The notes under the pieces: model-generated | What the model saw: the letters and a program-made list of their open reading frames with translations, nothing else | Database searches by the model: none | What the model was told of the DNA's origin: nothing | Position numbers and translations under genes: made by a program | In this document: one piece after another, positions 20,143-29,588 of the stretch | How the letters are laid out: each line of letters opens with the position of its first letter | Position numbering within the stretch: the stretch's first letter is position 1 | Assembly: GCA_965602015.1 (NCBI GenBank) | Contig: OZ271918.1 | Coordinates: 544,001-608,000, forward strand | DNA from: Salinispira sp. | GTDB taxonomy: Bacteria > Spirochaetota > Spirochaetia > DSM-27196 > Salinispiraceae | Reading direction: 5' to 3' | DNA: 64,000 nucleotides

Positions 20143-22023
20143 ATGAATAGACAACTAATCGAAAAAACCTTTTCCCGCAGCCCCCGGTTCAAACTGATCC
20201 TTGCCGCAGCTGTATGGACCATGCTTCTCGCCCTGTTTTCCTGCGACGGGATCTCACAAAACGATGAGCAGACCGACGATTCATCGCAATCGGTAACTAC
20301 TCAAGATGAGCCCGAGCTCCTCGATCCCTGGGAGTCGATAGCCCAGCTTCGAATCCTTCCAGCCTGGTTCACCGTTTCTCCCGTGCAGAACCCGATACAC
20401 AGCAAGTCTCCGGGATTTCGGCTTGATACCTTAAGCGGCGAACTCATCCGGCTGGACAATGAAGCCGCCAGGCAGTACGCCACAGTTGAACTACCGCCGT
20501 CCCTGCTGGAGCCTTCCCTGCCGCCCACCGGGGAGCAGATGTCCTCTACCTGGTATCCGGCGCTCATCGAAAACTACCTTCTTACTCCCGAGCAGCCCGG
20601 CGGCATTACGCTGTACGATGTCATAAACCGCAGCAGCCGAACAGTTTACCTTCCGGGCGGCGCCATAAATTCCGTTTCCTATCAGCCCCTCATACCCGGT
20701 TCCTTGTTCCTCTCAAGCAGATTTGCTGCGGTTTCCCGCATCAGCCTGGATGGCTCGGGCCGCCAATGGACGACGGGGTATGCCAGACCGGTGCGCATTC
20801 TGGGCATCAGCGGCCTGAATCAGGATGACAGCGAGGACGACGGCCGGGACGACGGCCGGGACGACGGCCAGGACGATGCGGTTGAAGGCGCTGAGGGTGA
20901 AGGCGCTGAGGTAGAGGATGAAGATTCCGGGAGAAGAGACGAAGACCAGCAGGCCGGCGACACTCAGGACACGGGAGATAGTATTCAACCGGTGCTGATA
21001 CTGGTCAGCGATAGCGGCTGGTTTGCTATCGTCGATCCGGATAGCGGAGAGCTTATCGATCGCAGTTTGGATATGCCGGGCTTTCGCGCGGCGGCCCTGT
21101 CCGGGGACGGCAATCTTTTGCGGAGCGGAGGCGGAAGCGCGGAGATGCTACGCTTGACCAGAGAGGGAGAAATCCTGTCTCTGGTAAAAACCTCACTTCC
21201 CTGGAGATCTCCCCAATCGGTCGCCCTCAACGGGAACCTGATGCTCGGCCTGGTCCCGGAGGACCCGTCGCCTGAGACTGAAGAAGATGCGTCTGGGACG
21301 GAGCCGGTCAATAAGGCATCAACCCTGATTTTTGCCGTTGATCTGCTGAGCCGCGAGGTTCCCTGGACCTTTGTTCTCGAAGGCGGCTATGACAGGATTA
21401 TCCCCGTGGGCGGCATGGGCTACCTGCTGGAGTCCGATGAACACTTCCTTTTTATGCGCTTGAACGGTTCAGATGCCCGTCGGGATTTTCCGGTCTTCCT
21501 GCATTACCCGGCTTCCACGCCAGGCCGCTCCGGACTGTTTGAAATTTCGCGTCACATCGTTCCCCGGCTCGACGCTCCGGGGTTTGAGGAAATAGTCGGC
21601 CAGACTCTTCGTCCCGAACTACGCCTGGCCTTGCCGGTGAACTCGGTTTCAGAATCATTCGCCCTTGTCTTGGGACCGGCCCAGCTCGAGGCTATCGGGC
21701 GGGCGACCGGCGCCGACGGCAGCGATTTTATTCACAAGGACCGCAACTACCGGTACAGCGTTTCGTCGGAGGTTCTGCCCCTTGAAATAGCGGTTAATCC
21801 TCAGGTGAGAAGGCGGGGGCGGTTTTCCGTGGAGTCCACCCGTCAAATTCTTTTGCGTATTTTTGATGACCGGGGAAACGAACTTCTCTCGAGCCTGGAC
21901 AAGGTTAGTCTGGAGCCCGAACTGGACTACACCCTCGATCCGGGGCAATATGTGCTCCGCCTTGAGGATGCGGGCGGCGAGGTGCCCGAGGATTCGTTTG
22001 TGCTTCTCCACCGGAATTTTTAA
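20143..22023 (+). CDS. Putative lipoprotein, possibly a beta-propeller (PQQ-like repeats) with an acidic linker
   Basis: Lipobox-like LALFSC; segments AIVDPDSGE and IFAVDLLSREVPWTF; Asp/Glu-rich stretch. Confidence 0.65.
   Translation: MNRQLIEKTFSRSPRFKLILAAAVWTMLLALFSCDGISQNDEQTDDSSQSVTTQDEPELLDPWESIAQLRILPAWFTVSPVQNPIHSKSPGFRLDTLSGELIRLDNEAARQYATVELPPSLLEPSLPPTGEQMSSTWYPALIENYLLTPEQPGGITLYDVINRSSRTVYLPGGAINSVSYQPLIPGSLFLSSRFAAVSRISLDGSGRQWTTGYARPVRILGISGLNQDDSEDDGRDDGRDDGQDDAVEGAEGEGAEVEDEDSGRRDEDQQAGDTQDTGDSIQPVLILVSDSGWFAIVDPDSGELIDRSLDMPGFRAAALSGDGNLLRSGGGSAEMLRLTREGEILSLVKTSLPWRSPQSVALNGNLMLGLVPEDPSPETEEDASGTEPVNKASTLIFAVDLLSREVPWTFVLEGGYDRIIPVGGMGYLLESDEHFLFMRLNGSDARRDFPVFLHYPASTPGRSGLFEISRHIVPRLDAPGFEEIVGQTLRPELRLALPVNSVSESFALVLGPAQLEAIGRATGADGSDFIHKDRNYRYSVSSEVLPLEIAVNPQVRRRGRFSVESTRQILLRIFDDRGNELLSSLDKVSLEPELDYTLDPGQYVLRLEDAGGEVPEDSFVLLHRNF
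20835..20876 (+). repeat. In-frame 12-bp tandem repeat (ggacgacggccg x3.5, encoding DDGR)
   Basis: Seen directly in the sequence. Confidence 0.85.
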
Positions 22024-22079
22024 ACTCTGCTTCGAAAAACTGGAAATATTACGGGGTTTTTCGTAGAGTTTAAGCCATA

Positions 22080-23135
22080 ATGCTTTTAGGAAAGCAGGTT
22101 CACGGTGAAGAGTCCACGGCCTCTTCCACATACGCCAGGCACGCATCGAGCGCCTTTAATCGCAGGATGCACAAAATTCTACAGGATCTCTGCAGGGAAA
22201 TTGCCGGCGAACTTTCCGGAAAGCTCTATGCTGTCATCCTCGGCGGAAATTACGGCCGGGGAGAAGGCGGGATCAGACGGGTGGTTGAAGGTCATGGTTC
22301 GGGGGTGTGGTCCATTGGGGAGGCGCCGGCGGAAGATATCGACATCCTCATCGTGTCATGGTTTGACCTTCGGGGACGGCATGATGTCATGTCCGGAATC
22401 CTCAAGAAGTATGAGGGCATATTTACGGTTCCAATCGATCTCGCGCCGGTCATCACCCCGCCCCGTCTGTTTTCCATTCCCCGCCGGTTCAACTGGCTTC
22501 GCCTTATCAGCAACTCCAAGGTTCTCTACGGTCCGCCACGGCTGCCTCAGATCCTCTCACACCGCTATGGCCAGGCGTTCGCCGCAGACCCCTGTCTCGC
22601 ATGGAGCCTGCTTCTGGATCAGGGGCTTCGACTTATCGATGTCATCGCCCTTGAGCAGGGTCTGAAAGAACAGAGCGGCGAGACGAATATCCTGGTCCAT
22701 CAGGGTAAATTCTTCAGGGAAATCGCCCAGGCCATTATCATCGCCGCCGGCCGCTATCAGCAATCCGGAGATCTCCAGCTTCATGAATACATTGTTCTTA
22801 TCGATGAGGAAATACAAAGCCACGAGCATTTGAAGCTCTTGAAAACCCTGCTTCCCAAAGCCCTCTCTCTTCTGAAGGAGCCTGAACAGATGGCTCTCGA
22901 TATGCCGGAGAACTGGTTGTTTCATCTGAATTTATGGCTTGAAGCATTTACCTATTGCCAGGAGCACATAAAGCCCTGCGCCGGTTTTCTTCTTACCAGG
23001 CGGCTGGGTAAATGCCGAAAGGCCATAACTGAAATCGCGGCAAATAAGGGCGTTGTAGCCCCGCAGACCATCAGACTCGTTCAAAAACAAATAAAACTGC
23101 TTCACTGGATACGGCATCACGTCTTCTTCGCGTAA
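22080..23135 (+). CDS. Hypothetical protein with an N-terminal Pol-beta-like nucleotidyltransferase motif
   Basis: AVILGGNYGRGEG...EDIDILIV. Start uncertain (22080 or 22167). Confidence 0.6.
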   Translation: MLLGKQVHGEESTASSTYARHASSAFNRRMHKILQDLCREIAGELSGKLYAVILGGNYGRGEGGIRRVVEGHGSGVWSIGEAPAEDIDILIVSWFDLRGRHDVMSGILKKYEGIFTVPIDLAPVITPPRLFSIPRRFNWLRLISNSKVLYGPPRLPQILSHRYGQAFAADPCLAWSLLLDQGLRLIDVIALEQGLKEQSGETNILVHQGKFFREIAQAIIIAAGRYQQSGDLQLHEYIVLIDEEIQSHEHLKLLKTLLPKALSLLKEPEQMALDMPENWLFHLNLWLEAFTYCQEHIKPCAGFLLTRRLGKCRKAITEIAANKGVVAPQTIRLVQKQIKLLHWIRHHVFFA

Positions 23136-23141
23136 TGCGGA

Positions 23142-24287
23142 TTACTGCAGATCTGCTTCGTCTCCCCGGATTTTCCCCTGAGATGCGATTTCCTTGTCCA
23201 GATCGGAAATGGTTTTTTTCACCCTGTCGATCTGTTCCTTCAAGTCATCGTACTGCTTTGTGAGTTTGTCTTCTTTCAAGCTGAATCGTGCCTTTTCTTC
23301 TTGCAGGGCAAGAATCTTCTGAGCCGCCTGCAGTCGGCGGATTTTTTCTTCCTTCGCCCTATTCTCTTCGATGAGCTGGGTAATATTCCCGTAGAATTCC
23401 GAAAGGGTTTCCGGTGGCTTTGATGAAGTCTCATGGTACAGAAGCCTTCCCGCATCGGTGAGAATTCTTCTCTGCTCCTCGTCGACTTCGGATATTCTGA
23501 TCTGTAATTCGGTAATCTGGGCGTCCGGTTTGCTCGAGCCGACCTGTTTGGTCAGCTCCGCGCTGATTTCCGTCAGTTGCTTGTGCTGTTTTTCGATGAT
23601 CTTCTGGATCTCATCGATTTTGCTCTGCTGTTTGACAACCGGATCCATTATGCCCTTCAATTGTGATGATTGGCTGTCCGACGCAGCTGCTCTGTTCTTT
23701 ACCAGATCTGCGCCGGTTTTTTCCAACGCTTCGCTGATTTTTTTGGCAAGGCCTTTGTGCTGATTCTTTTGGAACTGAAGCTTTGTCTGGCTCACGAGCC
23801 GCTTTATGATCGGATCTGACTCGCTTTTCTTTTGGAGCCCTTCTATCCGGGATTCTACATTGAACTGATCGCGATGCAAGCTGTCGAGTTCGGAAAACCC
23901 CGGCGCCAGCGGGAGGTAGCTTTGAGGCGATGAGGCATACAGCTCGAACGCTTTCGCGCCGAAATCCCGCAGCATCTCCCGGTATTCACTCCGGAGTTTA
24001 ACTATCTCGTCTTCCCGCCCTTTTATGCTGCCCTCAACATCCTGCTGAGCATTTACCAGTTCTTCAATTTTTCCGATATGGGCGATAAGTTCGTCTTTTT
24101 TGGAGTTGTGATCCCCTGCGGTTTCCAGCAGCTCGCTGAGATTTTTTTGATTTTCATCTTTTACCGGCTCTGCGAGGTCTTTGTGCTCCATGACCGCCGT
24201 TCCGATATGCCAGTATTCCTGGTTGATGATGTTTTTGTTTATCGTGAGATCTCTCTCGTAGTTTTGGATTTGCGCGCTGTAATCCAT
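23142..24287 (-). CDS. Hypothetical coiled-coil protein
   Basis: 381-aa ORF rich in E/K/Q/L heptads, with a GAGGAG RBS. Confidence 0.75.
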   Translation of the reverse strand: MDYSAQIQNYERDLTINKNIINQEYWHIGTAVMEHKDLAEPVKDENQKNLSELLETAGDHNSKKDELIAHIGKIEELVNAQQDVEGSIKGREDEIVKLRSEYREMLRDFGAKAFELYASSPQSYLPLAPGFSELDSLHRDQFNVESRIEGLQKKSESDPIIKRLVSQTKLQFQKNQHKGLAKKISEALEKTGADLVKNRAAASDSQSSQLKGIMDPVVKQQSKIDEIQKIIEKQHKQLTEISAELTKQVGSSKPDAQITELQIRISEVDEEQRRILTDAGRLLYHETSSKPPETLSEFYGNITQLIEENRAKEEKIRRLQAAQKILALQEEKARFSLKEDKLTKQYDDLKEQIDRVKKTISDLDKEIASQGKIRGDEADLQ

Positions 24288-24488
24288 GCCTTTGCTCCTC
24301 AGCTGGGTAGGGTCGTGAGCGAAACTATCTTCTTCCCCAATTCAAGTGTGACAGATAGGACGGCTATATTCCAGAGTTCTACCCTTATATTTGCCCATGA
24401 TCAAGGTTCTTTGTGTTTCGCAAAATCGGTGGATGATCCCGGGTTCATACCGGTGGACGTCGGCCAAATTTATTTTTATTTTTTCACC

Positions 24489-24881
24489 ATGAGCGACAAG
24501 AAAGAGAAAATCATCAAAGACTGGAAGAACGTGCTTCCCGTCGATGTGTACGAAGTGACCAGGAATAACGGCACCGAGCCTCCGTTCACCGGCAAATACT
24601 ATCTGGAAGAACGGGACGGCACCTATTGCTGCTCAAATTGCGGTACCCAACTGTTCAGTTCGCACACTAAGTATCACAGCGGCAGCGGATGGCCGAGTTT
24701 CTTCCAGCCGGTTTCACCTGACGCAGTAGTCGAGATTCGCGACACCAGTCACGGCATGGTTCGCACCGAGGTGCGATGCGCCGCTTGTGATGCCCATCTT
24801 GGACATGTGTTCCCCGACGGACCGAAACCGACAGGAATGAGATACTGCATCAACTCCCTCAGTCTCGACTTGGAAGGGTAA
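24489..24881 (+). CDS. msrB: Peptide-methionine (R)-S-oxide reductase
   Basis: Motifs [26 protein letters not shown] and RYCINS. Start at MSDKK. Confidence 0.95.
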   Translation: MSDKKEKIIKDWKNVLPVDVYEVTRNNGTEPPFTGKYYLEERDGTYCCSNCGTQLFSSHTKYHSGSGWPSFFQPVSPDAVVEIRDTSHGMVRTEVRCAACDAHLGHVFPDGPKPTGMRYCINSLSLDLEG

Positions 24882-24969
24882 AGCGCCGGTATCTAAAACA
24901 GAATTGTCTCCTCTTTTATCGACATTTCCCGATATCCCCTCTTGGTCGTTTTTTTCTGTAAAATTTTGG

Positions 24970-25047
24970 TTGACAGCTACTCTGACTGGCTATAGCATGG
25001 TGCCTGAACTTAACCGGTTTACTAAAACGATTTACTAAACCGGTCTA
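24970..25047 (+). promoter_or_regulatory. sigma70 promoter and three tandem LacI-type operators of the sugar ABC operon
   Basis: TTGACA-N17-TAGCAT (24970-24998). Palindromes taaccggttta, taaaacgattta and taaaccggtcta have CG centres at 25015/16, 25028/29 and 25041/42. Confidence 0.75.
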
Positions 25048-25104
25048 CAAAACGCACTTCCTTCTCATAACCAATGAGAAGGGCAATCTACTAGGGGGTA
25101 GACC

Positions 25105-26322
25105 ATGAAAAAACTTCTCGTGCTCGCTCTGGTACTTGTTGTTGCAGCTTCTGCGGTTTTCGCAGAGGGCGGACAGGAAGGCGCCGGATCCGATGAAGTT
25201 ATGATTACTCTGTGGACTCAGGAAGGTGAGTCTGACGGATCGCTCCAGTTCATCCTGGACAAGACTGATGAGTTTATGGCGGCAAATCCGAACATTACTG
25301 TTGAAGTAGTGCAGAAGGATACCGAAGCTCTTCGCGAAGATTTTCAGACCGCATCTCTTGCTGGCACCGCTCCTCAGCTTCTGTGGACCGTTTCCGACCA
25401 TGCAGGTCCCTTCACCGCTGCAAACCTGATCCAGCCCGTTGACGGCCTCTATGATGCAGATGCATACGTAGAATCCGTAATCCTCGACGGCCGCACCTGG
25501 GCAGTACCCATCTTTGTTGGTAACCACCTGATGCTGCTGTACAACAAAGACATTGTTGCCGAAGCTCCCGCTACTTTCGAAGAACTGATCGCTTTTGGTC
25601 AGGATTTCACCGATGGTGAGAACTACGGTCTTGTATACAATGTAACCGAGCCCTTCTGGATGGTTCCCTTCCTTGGCGGATACGGCGGCGGCGTTTTCGC
25701 GGCTGACGGCGTGACTCCCAATCTGAACACTCCCGAAATGGTTCGGACTCTTCAGTTCATGTCTGACCTGAAGTTCGAGTATGGCATCACCCCCGCTGAA
25801 GCGGACTACGGCACCATGGATACCCTTTTCAAAGAAGGAAAAGCTGCTTTCATCATCAACGGTGACTGGAGCCTCGGCGACTACCAGGGCGTCCTCGGCG
25901 ACAGCCTCGGCGTTGCTTCCATGCCCAGCCTTCCCGGCGGCGACATACCCCGGCCCTACACCTCCGGCAAGTACTTCATGATTGCCAACGGTGTTTCCGG
26001 TGCTGAACTCGAAGCTATCGGTCAGTACGTTGAGTTCATGATCAGCGATGCAGTCCTTCTCGAAGGAACCGCTCTTCTGAACCGTCTTCCCGCTTCTCTG
26101 AGCGCTCTTCAGGATCCCTCAATCACTTCTAACCCGATCCTCGAAGGTTCTGCAGCCCAGCTGGCTACCGGCGTTCCCATGCCCACCGTTGTTGAAATGC
26201 GTGCGAACTGGGATGCCATGAAGCCCGAGCAGAATGCTGTGCTTGCCGGCACCAAGACTGCTGCACAGGCTGCAGCGGACATGCAGGTTGCTGCTGAGAA
26301 CGCAATCGAAGCTCTGCAGTAA
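25105..26322 (+). CDS. Sugar ABC transporter substrate-binding protein (maltodextrin-binding family-like)
   Basis: Signal peptide; LMLLYNKD, LFKEGKAAFIINGDW and PMPTVVEMRANW. Confidence 0.88.
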   Translation: MKKLLVLALVLVVAASAVFAEGGQEGAGSDEVMITLWTQEGESDGSLQFILDKTDEFMAANPNITVEVVQKDTEALREDFQTASLAGTAPQLLWTVSDHAGPFTAANLIQPVDGLYDADAYVESVILDGRTWAVPIFVGNHLMLLYNKDIVAEAPATFEELIAFGQDFTDGENYGLVYNVTEPFWMVPFLGGYGGGVFAADGVTPNLNTPEMVRTLQFMSDLKFEYGITPAEADYGTMDTLFKEGKAAFIINGDWSLGDYQGVLGDSLGVASMPSLPGGDIPRPYTSGKYFMIANGVSGAELEAIGQYVEFMISDAVLLEGTALLNRLPASLSALQDPSITSNPILEGSAAQLATGVPMPTVVEMRANWDAMKPEQNAVLAGTKTAAQAAADMQVAAENAIEALQ

Positions 26323-26358
26323 GCCGGACTTTAACAGTCGTTCTTGAGTTAAAGGTAT

Positions 26359-26396
26359 GGGCACCGATACTGCTAAAATATCGGTGCCCTTTTTTT
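26359..26396 (+). terminator. Intra-operon terminator/stabilising hairpin after the binding-protein gene
   Basis: gggcaccgata-ctgctaaaa-tatcggtgccc followed by T7. Confidence 0.85.
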
Positions 26397-26410
26397 GGGG
26401 GTAATAGCAC

Positions 26411-27478
26411 ATGACCTTGTCCTTTATTTTACAAAGTTTATCGGATGTACTGCCTACGATAGTTGTCATCGCAGCGGCGATGGTTCTCGTCGAAATAGGC
26501 TTGTACTTCCTTCTGTACCGGGCATTGAATTACCGTTTTGCCCTTCCGTTTATGCTGGTCGCTCCCGCTGCGATCGGTTTATCCGTCCTGGTGATCTATC
26601 CCATTATTTACAATGTGTGGATTGCTTTCAGCGATGTCAGTCCTATGGCCGGGCGATGGTTCACCATTGAAGGTTCCATTACCTATGGATTGGCTCCATT
26701 CTGGAACAATATCGTCACGGTATTCACCAGACCGATACTGCAGCAGCAAACATTTTTTCCCGTTCTGTTGCGGACCCTCGCCTGGACTTTCGTACAGGTA
26801 ACCTTCCATGTAACCCTCGGTTTCTTCCTCGCCTCGCTGATGAACCGGCCGATGAAAATGCGCGGAATTTACCGAACGCTTATCCTCTTTCCCTGGGCCA
26901 TTCCCCAGGTTATCGCCGTTCTGGCATGGAGAGGGGAGTTCAACTTTGAATATGGATACTTCAACATAATGCTGAGAAATCTTAACCTCACGCCGGTCAA
27001 CTGGATGTCCGATCCGGTGTGGAACTGGGTGGCGGTGAATATCACCAACATCTGGCTCGGGGTTCCGTTTATGTCGGTAATTCTTCTTGGCGGACTCCAG
27101 TCCATCGACTCCTCGTACTACGAGGCCGCTGAAATGGACGGTGCAAGCAAGATGGATCAGCTGCGGAATATCACCCTGCCACTGATGCAGCCGGTAATGA
27201 CTCCGGCAATTATCCTTGGAGTCATCTGGACATTCAATCAGTTCAATGTTCCGTTCTTTATCAACCAGCAGGAGCTGGAGACTTCAGACATCCTGATAAC
27301 CGCCCTGTATCGGGCAGCTTTTGAGTACAACCGCTATGCATTTGCTGCGGCCTTCGCCCTTGTAATTTTCGCCATACTTCTGGTATTCACGTTAATCTAC
27401 ATGCGGGTTACCGGATTTGAGCTTCAGGTCGGCGAAGAGAAAAAACGACTGGCTGCCGCCAAGGCTGTAGGAGAATAA
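26411..27478 (+). CDS. Sugar ABC permease (MalF-like)
   Basis: Transmembrane segments and EAA motif YYEAAEMDGAS. Confidence 0.9.
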   Translation: MTLSFILQSLSDVLPTIVVIAAAMVLVEIGLYFLLYRALNYRFALPFMLVAPAAIGLSVLVIYPIIYNVWIAFSDVSPMAGRWFTIEGSITYGLAPFWNNIVTVFTRPILQQQTFFPVLLRTLAWTFVQVTFHVTLGFFLASLMNRPMKMRGIYRTLILFPWAIPQVIAVLAWRGEFNFEYGYFNIMLRNLNLTPVNWMSDPVWNWVAVNITNIWLGVPFMSVILLGGLQSIDSSYYEAAEMDGASKMDQLRNITLPLMQPVMTPAIILGVIWTFNQFNVPFFINQQELETSDILITALYRAAFEYNRYAFAAAFALVIFAILLVFTLIYMRVTGFELQVGEEKKRLAAAKAVGE

Positions 27479-28404
27479 TGATGAGTGATCGCGCAATTAG
27501 CTCAATAAAAGCTCCCACTGAATTCGATCTCATGCGGAAATACGGTTTCGGCAGGTGGTTTTTCCAGCGGGCCAGGGGGGATTCCCCATTCAAGCGGCTG
27601 CTGATACATCTCGTGCTGATATTTACGGTTATTATTGCTGTATATCCCGTACTCCGGGTCGTGTCCGTATCGCTTCGTCCGGGAAGCCGGCTTTTGTCGA
27701 CATCGCTGGCCATCATCCCCGAGGATGCGAGCTTCGAGAATTATTACAACGTTCTGTTCAACAGGGATTTCTTTCAGTGGTTGTGGAATAGTTTAGTCAT
27801 TACCGTTTCGACAAGTATTATCGGCGTCATGATTGCCTCGACCTCGGCATATGCCTTCTCCCGATGGCAGTTTCCCGGACGTAATCCTTCGCTGATCTTC
27901 CTCTTTGCTACACAGATGATCCCCGGCCCCATGTTGATGATTCCCATTTTCATCCTGGCGGCCCGGCTCAATCTGATCAACACATGGAGGGGATTGGTGG
28001 TTGCCTATTCGGTGTCTGCGGTACCCTTTAGTATATGGATACTCAAGGGCTACTACGACTCGATTCCCATGGAGCTTGAGCAATCAGCAATGGTCGACGG
28101 CGCAACGAGAATGCAGGCTTTCTTTAAGATTATTCTGCCCTTGAGTACGCCGGCCCTGGCTATCGCATTTCTGTTCAACTTCACCCAGGCCTGGAATGAC
28201 TTCCTCCTGGCGCGGATTATGCTGCAGAGGACAGAGCTCTATACCTGGCCCCTCGGCCTGCAGAGCATGCAAAGGCAGTTTACCACCCAATGGGGTGAGT
28301 TCTCCGCCGCTGCTCTTATGGTCTCGGTACCGGTTATGATTCTCTTTCTCACATCGAGCAGGTGGCTTATATCCGGTCTTACTATCGGTTCTGTAAAGGG
28401 CTGA
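27478..28404 (+). CDS. Sugar ABC permease (MalG-like)
   Basis: KGYYDSIPMELEQSAMVDGA; C-terminus ISGLTIGSVKG. Confidence 0.9.
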   Translation: MMSDRAISSIKAPTEFDLMRKYGFGRWFFQRARGDSPFKRLLIHLVLIFTVIIAVYPVLRVVSVSLRPGSRLLSTSLAIIPEDASFENYYNVLFNRDFFQWLWNSLVITVSTSIIGVMIASTSAYAFSRWQFPGRNPSLIFLFATQMIPGPMLMIPIFILAARLNLINTWRGLVVAYSVSAVPFSIWILKGYYDSIPMELEQSAMVDGATRMQAFFKIILPLSTPALAIAFLFNFTQAWNDFLLARIMLQRTELYTWPLGLQSMQRQFTTQWGEFSAAALMVSVPVMILFLTSSRWLISGLTIGSVKG

Positions 28405-28506
28405 TTCCTGTTTCCCAACGCTGCGGCTTCGGCCGCAGCTGAGGGAACTTGTTTACATCACATATGTGTTCACTAATGCTCGAACTTCACACAAAGGGGC
28501 ACCGCT

Positions 28507-29532
28507 GTGCGGGTTACCATAAACGACATCGCAAAGGCCTCGGGCTTTTCCAAGACATCAGTCTCTTTCGCCTTCAACGATCCGAAACGGATCAGCAAGG
28601 AAACCCGCAGTAAAATTCTTAACATCGCCGAAAGCCTTGGCTATGTGCCCGATCCCGTGGCCCGCAATTTGTCCATGCGAAAGGTCGGCACCATCGGTTT
28701 CCTGGTGCCCCAGGCGATTAGCCAGGTGTTCCTCAATCCCTATATGAACCAGATTCTGTTGGGAATAGGGGAGGCCTGCCAAAAGCATGAGTACTCCCTC
28801 ACCGTGGTGCCTCCGCTCAAGGGTAGGATATTCGACGGCGCACGCACCGCCGCAGTGGACGGTTTTATCACCATGGGCCTGCATCCTGAAATGAAGGTGG
28901 TGCAATTGATACGCCGCCGGCACATTCCCTTTGTCACCATAGACGGTACCCCTGCCTCCGACATCCCCGGAGTAAACACCCGGGATGAGGATGCGGCATA
29001 TGCAATGATGAAGCGCATCCTCGATTACGGCCACCGGAACATTGCGATTTTCGCCCTGGAGTATGCAAAAGGCAGTGAAGACCGGGTGTACACCGGAGCC
29101 CGGGATTGGCGGATGGACGGGTTCAAAAAGGCTCTTGCGGAGTGTGGTCTGGATCCGTACTCGGTGCCGGTGTACGACACCGAATCCAGTCTGAGGGGAG
29201 GGCGAAGCGCCGTTGCCCGGATTATGGAGGACTATCCTGACACCCGGCCGACGGTTATCGCCTGTATGAGCGATATCTGTGCCATCGGCGCCTTGCTTGA
29301 ACTTGCCGACCGGGGGGTTTCGGTGCCCAATGAGATTTCAGTTACCGGATTTGACGATATTCCCGAAGCATCACTGGTTAATCCAAGGCTGACCACCATC
29401 GCCCAGCCCGGCTACGATATCGGCCTGACCTCCGGAAGCATGCTGTTCGAGTTGCTGGAGGAGCGTCACCCGGAGCACCACGTGTATTTTGAATCCCATC
29501 TGCTCGAACGCGAATCACTTAGGCCCATATAG
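28507..29532 (+). CDS. LacI-family transcriptional regulator
   Basis: N-terminal HTH VTINDIAKASGFSKTSVS; LGYVPDPVARNL; ISVTGFDD. Confidence 0.95.
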   Translation: MRVTINDIAKASGFSKTSVSFAFNDPKRISKETRSKILNIAESLGYVPDPVARNLSMRKVGTIGFLVPQAISQVFLNPYMNQILLGIGEACQKHEYSLTVVPPLKGRIFDGARTAAVDGFITMGLHPEMKVVQLIRRRHIPFVTIDGTPASDIPGVNTRDEDAAYAMMKRILDYGHRNIAIFALEYAKGSEDRVYTGARDWRMDGFKKALAECGLDPYSVPVYDTESSLRGGRSAVARIMEDYPDTRPTVIACMSDICAIGALLELADRGVSVPNEISVTGFDDIPEASLVNPRLTTIAQPGYDIGLTSGSMLFELLEERHPEHHVYFESHLLERESLRPI

Positions 29533-29588
29533 ACTATCCTTTCCTGCGGTATACACTTAGCGGGCTTTATTGTATATTCGCCTCAACT

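Noticed and set aside
24078..24488. N-terminally extended (fusion) MsrB
   Set aside because: The extension overlaps the opposite-strand gene and has no domain features. ATG 24489 gives a normal-length MsrB.
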